A stretch of 32,000 nt of DNA, from NCBI RefSeq assembly GCF_025699065.1, contig NZ_JAILWF010000001.1, positions 25,626 through 57,625 of the forward strand. Reading direction: 5' to 3'. Origin of the DNA: Nitrosarchaeum sp. (GTDB lineage Archaea > Thermoproteota > Nitrososphaeria > Nitrososphaerales > Nitrosopumilaceae). Below the pieces are notes generated by a model. The model did no database searches. It saw only the letters and a list, made by a program, of their open reading frames with translations, and was not told the origin of the DNA. Both the position numbers and the translations under genes were made by a program. Positions 16,865 through 24,534 of this stretch are shown one piece after another (position 1 is the first letter of the stretch; every line of letters starts with the position of its first letter).

Positions 16865-17002
16865 ATGGGATTTTTCAGAAAAGAAAAAGTCATACTTGAC
16901 ACAAAGTGCAGAGAATGTGACATGGAGTTCTCAGAACCAGAAAGAATGCTGCGTCATATGATAAAAGCTCATACAAAGAAAAAACCAAGTTGCAACTGTT
17001 GA
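16865..17002 (+). CDS. C2H2 zinc-finger mini-protein (45 aa), not in the supplied ORF track
   Basis: Translated by hand as MGFFRKEKVILDTKCRECDMEFSEPERMLRHMIKAHTKKKPSCNC. It fits C-x2-C-x12-H-x4-H exactly, with F and L at the conserved hydrophobic positions. Confidence 0.55.
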   Translation: MGFFRKEKVILDTKCRECDMEFSEPERMLRHMIKAHTKKKPSCNC

Positions 17003-17037
17003 TAAAGTATTAAACGGCATCTTTTCGTATCTTATAC

Positions 17038-17250
17038 ATGAGTGAACAAGAAAAAATTATGGATAATCTACTAAACGTAGATCTTGAGATAATTGACTGT
17101 GTACGGGCACTTCAGGAATCTAACTGGGATTCAGGTAGTCTGAAACAACAAGTTGGCGATTTGCTCAAACTTCGTGATGATATGGTTGAAAAATTAATGT
17201 CATTAAAAGGCGATGATCATGAATGCGGTTGTGGTCATCAACACGAATAA
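17038..17250 (+). CDS. Helical mini-protein with Cys/His-rich C-terminal tail
   Basis: 70 aa with an ATG start. The tail is DDHECGCGHQHE. Confidence 0.5.
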   Translation: MSEQEKIMDNLLNVDLEIIDCVRALQESNWDSGSLKQQVGDLLKLRDDMVEKLMSLKGDDHECGCGHQHE

Positions 17251-17380
17251 CTGTGAATCTCTAATTCTTATTTTTTAAAATGACTGGAGTGATCCTCTAC
17301 TGAATAATCACTGCTTGGACTATACAATAGCTGTTCTTTCGAACACTCTCCAGTCAAGAGTAATTGAAATTTCTCACTTA

Positions 17381-17563
17381 TTATAATGATTCCTCTGAAT
17401 TATCAAAAAAGTTCTCTGGAAACATGTTTCTAATTTTTGTCCTCTCGTTTTCGTATCTTTTTATTTTGTCCTTGTCTGTTTCTGAGTCTAGTTCCTCAAT
17501 CTTCTTTGTGAGCGTTTTGTACATCATTATGTACTCGGGAAATTTTTCTGGAAGTTCTGTCAT
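17381..17563 (-). CDS. Helical mini-protein (60 aa), hypothetical
   Basis: MTELPEKFPEYIMMYKTLTKKIEELDSETDKDKIKRYENER... looks protein-like. The overlapping + strand ORF 17364..17597 is S/F/L-rich and looks like an antisense artefact. Confidence 0.45.
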   Translation of the reverse strand: MTELPEKFPEYIMMYKTLTKKIEELDSETDKDKIKRYENERTKIRNMFPENFFDNSEESL

Positions 17564-17602
17564 TTTAAATGGATTAAATAATGATGAATGCCGGTAATAT
17601 TT

Positions 17603-17971
17603 ATGAAATTTTTGATATTCTTTATGATAATGTTTTCATTTACAGGGCTTGCCTTTGCAGAAAGTGACGTTCGCACTTTGATAGTTGGAAACCAAATCAT
17701 GATTACTGCCGACGTTACAAACAGCCTCAACACTCAGCAGCCATTTGTGTACATTACTCAGGTGAAAAATTCAGATAACACTGTAGTGTCTTTGTCTTGG
17801 CTTACTGGTTCTCTTTCACCCCGTCAGTCGTTTTCACCTGCACAATCATGGACATCAACTGAAACCGGCATGTATACAATTGAGGTCTTTGTCTGGAAGA
17901 GCATTGATAATCCCGAAGCACTGTCTGCTCCTTTGCTTATGACAGTAAACGTCGTTGATCCAAAGACATGA
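17603..17971 (+). CDS. Secreted single beta-sandwich-like domain protein
   Basis: Signal peptide MKFLIFFMIMFSFTGLAFA from the second ATG; the tracked start is 17588. The mature ~100 aa is rich in beta-strand-like alternation (FVYITQVKNSDNTVVSLSWLTGSL...GMYTIEVFVW). Confidence 0.65.
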   Translation: MKFLIFFMIMFSFTGLAFAESDVRTLIVGNQIMITADVTNSLNTQQPFVYITQVKNSDNTVVSLSWLTGSLSPRQSFSPAQSWTSTETGMYTIEVFVWKSIDNPEALSAPLLMTVNVVDPKT

Positions 17972-18535
17972 TCAAACTGTAAACGGCTTTTGATGAAATT
18001 TAATGCAGATGGTGTTGATACCATCTATTATTTCTGCAATCTTTGGATACTCTGACTGCTTTTCTGAAATGTCATTTTTGATAATTCTCATGTAATGGAT
18101 GATTTTTTTTACTTGCTTATTTTTCTGATTCTTTGATATTGGCGCATTTGATAAATCCTTTAGGTTTGCAGATATATCGCACAGCTTGATTAATTTTGCA
18201 TCCATTGATGCATTTTTTAATTGCGTGACATACTGCTGCTCGATCTCTTTTTTTGCAACGTTTTTGTCTTTTGTCAAAGATAAAATAATTACTGCGATTT
18301 CCCGTCCAAACTTTTCATTTATCTGATCAAATGTCACATCAGTATATTCTATGATGTCGTGCATCCATGCAGCTGCAAGAATATTTTTGTCAGTGACTCC
18401 TAAATTTTTGAGTCTGTTTACAACTCCCTCCAAGTGATCAGAGTATGGCGTGACTCCGTCTTTTCGTTTTTGATTTTTGTGTTTCTCATGTGCAAGTTTT
18501 TTTGCCTTTAGTATAATGTCTGCACTGTCTTCCAT
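17972..18535 (-). CDS. HD-domain protein of the RelA/SpoT-hydrolase (Mesh1 / small alarmone hydrolase-like) type
   Basis: AHEKHKNQKRKDGVTPYSDHLEGV ... AAAWMHDIIEYT ... FGREIAVIILSLTKDK ... KLCDISANLKDL follows the H-x2-Q-x-R / PY-x-x-H / HD-x-x-ED-T / KLAD-R-x-x-N order of that HD family. The ED pair reads EY here. Confidence 0.7.
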   Translation of the reverse strand: MEDSADIILKAKKLAHEKHKNQKRKDGVTPYSDHLEGVVNRLKNLGVTDKNILAAAWMHDIIEYTDVTFDQINEKFGREIAVIILSLTKDKNVAKKEIEQQYVTQLKNASMDAKLIKLCDISANLKDLSNAPISKNQKNKQVKKIIHYMRIIKNDISEKQSEYPKIAEIIDGINTICIKFHQKPFTV

Positions 18536-18598
18536 GCGGTTTTGATTTATTCCCGGTATGTAGAGGTTTAACTTTGAAGATATGCTTAAGTTTGATAT

Positions 18599-19282
18599 TT
18601 GTGCCTATTGACTGTGAGTGACGCAAACTATCGAGCCACTTTGGTAATCCTAAACGATATCGAGTCACACGGACTGGTTCAGTTTAATCCTGATTATTGT
18701 GATGAGGAATTTTTTAAAAATTTTCTCGAATTTGAAAAAGATTTTTCAAATTCGTTTCATAGTGTTGCACGCAACCTTGGTTCTCAAAACCAAGAGACAA
18801 TGGTCTTTGCAATTTATTCAGAGATGTCTTTTATCATGTCGCATCTTGATGTGATAAACAAGTTTCTAAAAATTATTGTAAATCCTGCCAAACTAAAGGG
18901 CGGATTTGATGAACACACTTCGCTTTATCAGATGATTACAAAGATTTGCAACAAGATGCAGTATTCTGAAAAGCTAAAAAACTCGATACGTGGAATGTTT
19001 TTGCTTGGATTTAGAAACGCAATACTTTCTCAGCAGTACAGAATCTATCAAAATGACGATCTTGTAATTTACCCAAATGATGAGAATCTGAAAAAACATT
19101 TTAGCATAAAGGATCTTACTGATTATTCCTTGCAGGTAATGAGTATGCTTGAGGCAATGATTGACTGGTCAAATGGCGGAAAAAAATCAACTGACAATTC
19201 TACTAACGCTCTTTATTCGTTAGTAGATGATATGAAAAGACAAGTCGAACTATTGGATAAAAAACTAGACAGATTGTACTGA
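18599..19282 (+). CDS. Hypothetical protein (227 aa; TTG/GTG start uncertain)
   Basis: Long ORF divergent from the HD-domain gene. Mostly helical-looking, with no motif recognised. Confidence 0.55.
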   Translation: MCLLTVSDANYRATLVILNDIESHGLVQFNPDYCDEEFFKNFLEFEKDFSNSFHSVARNLGSQNQETMVFAIYSEMSFIMSHLDVINKFLKIIVNPAKLKGGFDEHTSLYQMITKICNKMQYSEKLKNSIRGMFLLGFRNAILSQQYRIYQNDDLVIYPNDENLKKHFSIKDLTDYSLQVMSMLEAMIDWSNGGKKSTDNSTNALYSLVDDMKRQVELLDKKLDRLY

Positions 19283-19371
19283 TTTTTCCAAAACGGATAT
19301 GGTATTTCTCAAAAAATTCCACTGTTCTTAAGTTTCTAATTTACGCAAGTAAATTGTCCTAATTCGTATGA

Positions 19372-19412
19372 CTCGTTGCAACGGGGAATGTTTCAACGAG
19401 ACTTTATTTTTT
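19372..19412 (+). terminator. Hairpin (7-bp stem CTCGTTG/CAACGAG, 15-nt loop) followed by a T-rich tract
   Basis: Read from the sequence about 90 nt downstream of the 18599..19282 stop. The tract TTATTTTTT follows the stem. Confidence 0.3.
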
Positions 19413-19627
19413 AAATTTTAATTCTTTTATGTCATATTTTTTAGGCTCAATTAAATGGTAATAAATGGTATTTTTTAAAAATTATAAACGCTTCATAATT
19501 CGGCAAACTCTTCACCATTCAGACATAGCTTTCTTAATCATCAGCAATTGATAATTCCTCTTCAGTGATATATTGGTATTATTACTAAAACCATAACTTT
19601 TGATATCCCAAAAACTATCTTTTCTTC

Positions 19628-19864
19628 ATGGCTAACATGGACAAGCTGTACAGAAGCGTTGCAGCAAAAATAATTCAAAGATGCCATGGCAGTATCAAAA
19701 TAACAAAACATGGAAAAATAATTGAAGTATATGATGTAAACAGACACATCTGGAGTAAGGGGCTTGCCGGATTAATAATAAAAGAAGAATGCAAAAACGC
19801 AGACCTAAAAGAATGGGAGTTTGCACATGTCAGAACCTATGTCATTCAACAATTGCTAGAATAA
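19628..19864 (+). CDS. Hypothetical protein (78 aa)
   Basis: ATG-started ORF. No motif recognised. Confidence 0.45.
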   Translation: MANMDKLYRSVAAKIIQRCHGSIKITKHGKIIEVYDVNRHIWSKGLAGLIIKEECKNADLKEWEFAHVRTYVIQQLLE

Positions 19865-19865
19865 T

Positions 19866-20126
19866 TTAGTATGTTACTTTACGAATCAAGTGCGGCTCTT
19901 TCAGCATTACTTGATAGTCTTTGGCAGCTGACAATTCAACTTCCTTTAGATTGTGATTTGTAATTACAGTTAGCGCCTCGCATCTTGAACAAAGTATTGT
20001 CTGACCGTCTGATCTTCGCTCAAAGACAATATTTTTTTCTAGTCTGTCGTCTTTTTGACACCTAGGACAAAGCTTTGGCTCTTTTAGAATTGTGATTATC
20101 TCTTTGATGTAGATGATTCTTGACAC
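19866..20126 (-). CDS. Zn-ribbon mini-protein (86 aa)
   Basis: GTG start. Contains CPRC ... CSRC pairs. Confidence 0.5.
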   Translation of the reverse strand: MSRIIYIKEIITILKEPKLCPRCQKDDRLEKNIVFERRSDGQTILCSRCEALTVITNHNLKEVELSAAKDYQVMLKEPHLIRKVTY

Positions 20127-20357
20127 ACGTCATTTCATATCTCTCTGACAGAAAAGAGTTTGGATTATGTCAATTGGCATCCAGCAATTCTGGTCCAAAT
20201 AAAACCGTTCTAAAATTATTTGAACCAAAACCGTTGAGTATTCGATATATTTCTCAATCTAGCCAATCAACAATAATTTTTATATCCTCGTTGAAATATG
20301 TCTTTGGGCATTTCAATTATATTGATTTAAAAATTAGTTTATCTATTAGATATAGAT

Positions 20358-20621
20358 ATGACTGAAGATATTTGTGATTTTTGCAAAGGGTTAGGCTCAA
20401 TATCTTCACATGATTGTGTTTATTGTAATGGGACTGGGGAATGGAATCAGGCAGCACAAGCATATGTAAAAAACCACATCTGTCAGTGCATTGTACTTGA
20501 CAGAAAGTTTTGCCCGGTTTGCAACAAGGCATGTCATCATGATACATCATTGAATCCAAAACAGAGAATCGATCCCGGTTATGGCGGTTCATCAATTCCA
20601 GAAATTACAGTAATTGCTTAG
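20358..20621 (+). CDS. Cys-rich mini-protein with DnaJ-type CxxCxGxG zinc-finger motifs
   Basis: CDFCKGLG and CVYCNGTG are two exact CxxCxGxG motifs. CQC and CPVCNKACHH follow. This ORF is preferred over the antisense ORF 20317..20595. Confidence 0.55.
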   Translation: MTEDICDFCKGLGSISSHDCVYCNGTGEWNQAAQAYVKNHICQCIVLDRKFCPVCNKACHHDTSLNPKQRIDPGYGGSSIPEITVIA

Positions 20622-21709
20622 GTAACTATTTCATCTAGACGGCCTTCTTCTTGGGCCTGTCTTATCTCCATGGCTATTCTTTTTCCAATTCCAAATGTCT
20701 TGCCATACTGATATTTTGTGTACGGGCTAGTAGTTGCAACAATCGGATTTCCGGGGACTCGCAGTGACACATCATACACTACCAATTCCAAATCTTTAGT
20801 AATTACACTCTGCAACGAAAATGGTCCGATAATTCCAGGTGCATACTCCTTTTTGACTGCAGCTACAAACTTGTCGCCCATCTTGATTACTTTTTCAAGC
20901 AATGACTCTCTGATGCTAGCTGGAGTGTGACCTACCTCGATGTTTTGCAAGTCAATGTTGATGTCCAGTTGTTGCTTTGCGGGAAGTGCATTAAAATCAT
21001 GAACATTTGTCTGCAGTCTTCGCTCAATTCCAATAAAATCAACTTGCTTTGATATTGGAGTGTGAAAGAAATTAAAATTCATGTATGTTCCAATTGCAAG
21101 TTCCTCAATGCTGGCTTTTTCTAGGCCCTTTCTTGAGATTAGTCCCTGTTTTATTTTTGCTTCTGATTTTTCTTTATAGTCTTTGTAAGATGATACTGTG
21201 AAAAATGCCCGCTCTAATGGCCTTTTTAATTCCTGTACCTTTACGATACATGGTTTGTTGATGTTTTTTGGGTCTTTGAATAACTTTGGAAATTTTATTC
21301 TTGCCTTCTCTAAAAGAAAGTACTGGTTTCTTTTTACGGTTCTCTCTTCTGCTTGGAATAATTTTCTATTTCCAAATATTGGAACTTTAAACGAGTTCTC
21401 TAAGGTTTTGTATCCAAGATATACCGTCAGTGATCTGTGGGGAACTATTATTACATTAGAGTCACGCATTGCTTTTTGATTTTTAGCAGATGCCATGTCC
21501 TTGAATTTATTTAGCACAACAATCTCATCTGCTATCCTTCCAAATCTCTGATATGGTCCCTCTCTGCCTTTTTGACAGTACACTAGAGTCTGAAAGTTTT
21601 CATCTTTTGCCCCATCCATCACTTCAAGTGCAGAGTGGCTTCCCATAACGCCAATCTTTACATCAGAATATCCGTTTACAATTTTTTTAATCTCAGAAGA
21701 ACTAATCAT
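20618..21709 (-). CDS. purP: 5-formaminoimidazole-4-carboxamide ribonucleotide (FAICAR) synthetase, archaeal ATP-grasp type
   Basis: 363 aa. The N-terminal GSHSALEVMDGAKDENFQTLVYCQKGRE..YQRF and the overall length match PurP. Confidence 0.85.
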   Translation of the reverse strand: MISSSEIKKIVNGYSDVKIGVMGSHSALEVMDGAKDENFQTLVYCQKGREGPYQRFGRIADEIVVLNKFKDMASAKNQKAMRDSNVIIVPHRSLTVYLGYKTLENSFKVPIFGNRKLFQAEERTVKRNQYFLLEKARIKFPKLFKDPKNINKPCIVKVQELKRPLERAFFTVSSYKDYKEKSEAKIKQGLISRKGLEKASIEELAIGTYMNFNFFHTPISKQVDFIGIERRLQTNVHDFNALPAKQQLDINIDLQNIEVGHTPASIRESLLEKVIKMGDKFVAAVKKEYAPGIIGPFSLQSVITKDLELVVYDVSLRVPGNPIVATTSPYTKYQYGKTFGIGKRIAMEIRQAQEEGRLDEIVT

Positions 21710-21808
21710 AAGATAACTAGAATACGGGAACTAATATAGCTAATTTTTAAATTATTACCTAAATTATCCAATCACAAGATTTTTCTTGATACCAATTACA
21801 ATACTGGT

Positions 21809-21946
21809 ATGTTTTATTCCGTTGAATTGCAAATGGCTGGAGTTATCTTGCTTACTGCCATGGCAGTTGGAGGAATCTCCTTGTGGATAAAAAGAAGACG
21901 AGAGCAGCAAAAACTAGATACTACAGATGAGGCACCGACTAACTAG
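21809..21946 (+). CDS. Possible single-TM micro-protein (45 aa, or 37 aa from ATG 21833), not in the ORF track
   Basis: Hand translation gives MFYSVELQMAGVILLTAMAVGGISLWIKRRREQQKLDTTDEAPTN. That is a hydrophobic helix, then a basic stop-transfer segment, then an acidic tail. It lies in a 296-bp otherwise empty gap. Confidence 0.3.
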   Translation: MFYSVELQMAGVILLTAMAVGGISLWIKRRREQQKLDTTDEAPTN

Positions 21947-22005
21947 TGCTAAAATCATCGTATTATCTAATAGATAAAATACCATGAACGATTAGATAGT
22001 TTACG

Positions 22006-22569
22006 ATGAAGCTGATAGTTGGCATTACTGGCAGTACTGGTGTAATCTATGGTGTTCGCCTGTTAGAAGTCTTAAAAAAATTGGGAGTCGAGACTCACCT
22101 GATAATGTCAGAGTGGGCAATCAAGTGTCTTGCAATGGAGACAGAATTTCAGATTGGCTATGTAAAGTCACTTGCAACCACGATTTCTGATGAATCAAAC
22201 ATGGCAGCAAGCGTTTCCAGTGGAACTCACAAGGTTGACGGAATGATTGTTGCACCATGCAGCATGAAAACATTGTCTGCAATTGCAAATGGATACGATG
22301 ACACATTGGTGGCACGAGCAGCAGGTGTGACAATTAAGGAATCTAGAAAATTAATTTTGATGGTTAGGGAAACCCCGCTTTCTGCAATCCATCTTGAAAA
22401 CATGTTAAAGTTGTCAAGACTTGGAGTTGTAATACTGCCACCAGTGACAGAATTTTATACAAAACCAAAAACAATCGACGATATCGTAAATCACGGAGTT
22501 GGAAAGTGTTTGGACCAGTTTGATCTGGAGCACGGTTTATACCCTCGTTGGGGTACTTTCAAATTATAA
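22006..22569 (+). CDS. ubiX: Flavin prenyltransferase UbiX
   Basis: MKLIVGITGSTGVIYGVRLLEVL... ..DGMIVAPCSMKTLSAIANGYDDTLVARAAGVTIKESRKLILMVRETPL matches the UbiX/Pad1 family throughout. Confidence 0.9.
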   Translation: MKLIVGITGSTGVIYGVRLLEVLKKLGVETHLIMSEWAIKCLAMETEFQIGYVKSLATTISDESNMAASVSSGTHKVDGMIVAPCSMKTLSAIANGYDDTLVARAAGVTIKESRKLILMVRETPLSAIHLENMLKLSRLGVVILPPVTEFYTKPKTIDDIVNHGVGKCLDQFDLEHGLYPRWGTFKL

Positions 22570-22992
22570 TTGGCAAGAGTTGTTTTTGAAAAGATCATAA
22601 AGGCTGACAGAAAAAAAGTTTTTGACATTACAACAAACTATGAAAATTTCCAAAAAATTCTTCCACAATACTATCCATCAACTAGAACCATTTCGGTTAG
22701 GGGAAATAATTCCCTTGTAGAAGAGCACTTGATGCTTGGAGGGCAAGAATTTGTAATCATGGCAAAGCATGTAACTGACGAACCAATTTTGCACGAACTA
22801 TTCATTGTTGGCGGGGATGCAAAGGGCACTCATATCACAACAAGATACGACCAGCTTCCAAACGGAACAAAATTAATTTTGGAGATTGATTGGAAGTTTA
22901 AAGGAATAAAAAAACTTGGTTTTGGTAAAGACAAGATTCCAAAAGAATATTCTAAAATGATTGATGAACTTGCAATTATTGCTGAGAACTAG
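22570..22992 (+). CDS. SRPBCC (START/polyketide-cyclase-like) family protein
   Basis: 140 aa. The TTG start directly abuts the ubiX stop. The opening IIKADRKKVFDITTNYENFQKILPQY is typical of SRPBCC proteins. Confidence 0.65.
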   Translation: MARVVFEKIIKADRKKVFDITTNYENFQKILPQYYPSTRTISVRGNNSLVEEHLMLGGQEFVIMAKHVTDEPILHELFIVGGDAKGTHITTRYDQLPNGTKLILEIDWKFKGIKKLGFGKDKIPKEYSKMIDELAIIAEN

Positions 22993-23189
22993 TCTAGTTT
23001 TTCTTTATCTTTGAGGTCTTTTAGTTCTTTTTCACCCTCAATCTTTCCTTTCTCGTATTCCCCTTTTGCTTTTCCAAAAGTCTTTGCAAGCTCGGGAATT
23101 TTTTTGGCACCGAAAATAAACACTACTGCAATAATTATGATAAATATCCATTCTTGACCTTGGATGAAATTAGAAACTCCTTCAAGCAT
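22989..23189 (-). CDS. tatA: Twin-arginine translocase subunit TatA/E
   Basis: 66 aa: one TM helix, then FGAKKIPELAKTFGKAKGEY and an amphipathic charged tail. Confidence 0.85.
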   Translation of the reverse strand: MLEGVSNFIQGQEWIFIIIIAVVFIFGAKKIPELAKTFGKAKGEYEKGKIEGEKELKDLKDKEKLD

Positions 23190-23216
23190 TCTGATTCTTG
23201 ATTGTTGATTTTGGAT

Positions 23217-24008
23217 TTAAATGTTCGACATTTTGCGCTCACTGCGCTCAATTACTGCCATGCCTATGAGGTACAATGCGATCATTGGTCCTGCAATAAA
23301 CCACATCGTAACACCGCTTCCGTCTGGAGTGATAATAGCTCCAAATATGACAATTGCAACAATTGCATATCTTATGTTACTTCGCCAAAATTTTGAATCA
23401 ACTATTCCAATGCGTGATACGGCATACATTACAAGTGGAAGCTGAAATGATACGCCAAATGCCAACAAAAACTGTAAAACAAATGTTACAAAATCAATCA
23501 CATTTAGAAACGTAACTAGTCCTGCAGACTCTCCGTATGTGTAAAGAAAGTCCAAGATGTATGGGATTACAAAAATATATGAAAAAATACATCCTGCAAC
23601 AAATAACAACAAAGCAGGCAGCGAGATGTTTCTTGCTATCTTGATCTCTTTTTCTTTTAGTGCCGGTGTGATAAATGCAACAAACTCTCTAATGATAACT
23701 GGCATGCTTAATACAATTCCTGTAAGTGCTGCAACGTATATCTGAGCAAAGAACGCTTGGCCTGGCGCTGTCTGAATTAACTGCACATCTGCTGGAACCA
23801 AAGTTTCTCTCATGTGATTTGTTATCTGAGCTGCAATGTTGTTTAGCGGATCTGGAGTTGGATAATACAATTGAATTCCGTTAATTTGAATTGGCTCTGC
23901 ATGAAATGATATCAGAAACATTGTGATCACACCTACTGATATTGCAATTCGTAAAACTATCTTTCTTAGTTGTTTTAGATGTTCATTAATCTCTTGAATG
24001 TCTGACAT
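23217..24008 (-). CDS. tatC: Twin-arginine translocase subunit TatC
   Basis: 263 aa with six hydrophobic helices, adjacent to tatA. The N-terminal HLKQLRKIVLRIAISV and overall layout match TatC. Confidence 0.85.
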   Translation of the reverse strand: MSDIQEINEHLKQLRKIVLRIAISVGVITMFLISFHAEPIQINGIQLYYPTPDPLNNIAAQITNHMRETLVPADVQLIQTAPGQAFFAQIYVAALTGIVLSMPVIIREFVAFITPALKEKEIKIARNISLPALLLFVAGCIFSYIFVIPYILDFLYTYGESAGLVTFLNVIDFVTFVLQFLLAFGVSFQLPLVMYAVSRIGIVDSKFWRSNIRYAIVAIVIFGAIITPDGSGVTMWFIAGPMIALYLIGMAVIERSERKMSNI

Positions 24009-24036
24009 ACCTGTCTTCGTCTAGACTGACATGTAT

Positions 24037-24501
24037 CTATTTGCCTGGAATTGGAAGTAGTTTTGCTTCAGGCAATCCTGCGTTTTTGAGCTCCTCTAGA
24101 CTCAAGTCTTGGAACTCTAAGGATATGATTGCCTTTGTCTTGAATTTCTGCTCCATGCTTTTTGCCAAAGCTGCAATGTCTTTGCTAGAATAGATTTCCT
24201 TTGAATCTTTAAGAAATATTCTCTCACCTTTTTCCATCTCTTTTCCTCCAAATTTTTCGTGAAGAAAACTGGTAATTGATGGCAATTCCTTTCTTGGAAT
24301 ATTGTTGTGATAGTAGGTGATTCCCTTGACTGACTCATAATCGTATGGCGTACCGTTTCTATACATGAAAAGACCGATGAAGATTGCCTGTACCTCTGGC
24401 TCTCTTACACACTTTATCTCCCAGTTTAGCAGTTTCTCTTCATTGTATACAAATTTCTCCATCTCGTCTGGAGTAATCTTCCAATATCTTGATCTTGACA
24501 A
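24037..24501 (-). CDS. Hypothetical protein (154 aa) between the regulator and tatC
   Basis: TTG start, soluble-looking. No motif recognised. Confidence 0.55.
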   Translation of the reverse strand: MSRSRYWKITPDEMEKFVYNEEKLLNWEIKCVREPEVQAIFIGLFMYRNGTPYDYESVKGITYYHNNIPRKELPSITSFLHEKFGGKEMEKGERIFLKDSKEIYSSKDIAALAKSMEQKFKTKAIISLEFQDLSLEELKNAGLPEAKLLPIPGK

Positions 24502-24534
24502 TCTGTGGTATGCTTTTCTAATCTGATATAAATT

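Noticed and set aside
17364-17597. Plus-strand 77-aa ORF
   Set aside because: Its Ser/Phe/Leu-rich product is antisense to a better-looking 60-aa helical ORF. Neither is certain.
19562-19747. Minus-strand 61-aa ORF
   Set aside because: It overlaps the start of the plus-strand ORF 19628..19864. Its hydrophobic, irregular product extends into AT-rich intergenic DNA.
20120-20365. Plus-strand 81-aa ORF in the divergent intergenic region, and the 9-bp direct repeat AAAACCGTT (20201 and 20227)
   Set aside because: The ORF product is low-complexity (S/I/L/F) and spans what looks like promoter DNA. A single 9-bp repeat pair could be chance, so it is mentioned only as context.
20317-20595. Minus-strand 92-aa Cys-rich ORF
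   Set aside because: It mirrors the plus-strand CxxCxGxG gene. The plus frame carries recognisable motifs and an ATG with sensible spacing, so it is preferred.
23202-23745. Plus-strand ORFs 23202..23396, 23221..23445 and 23557..23745
   Set aside because: They are antisense to tatC.
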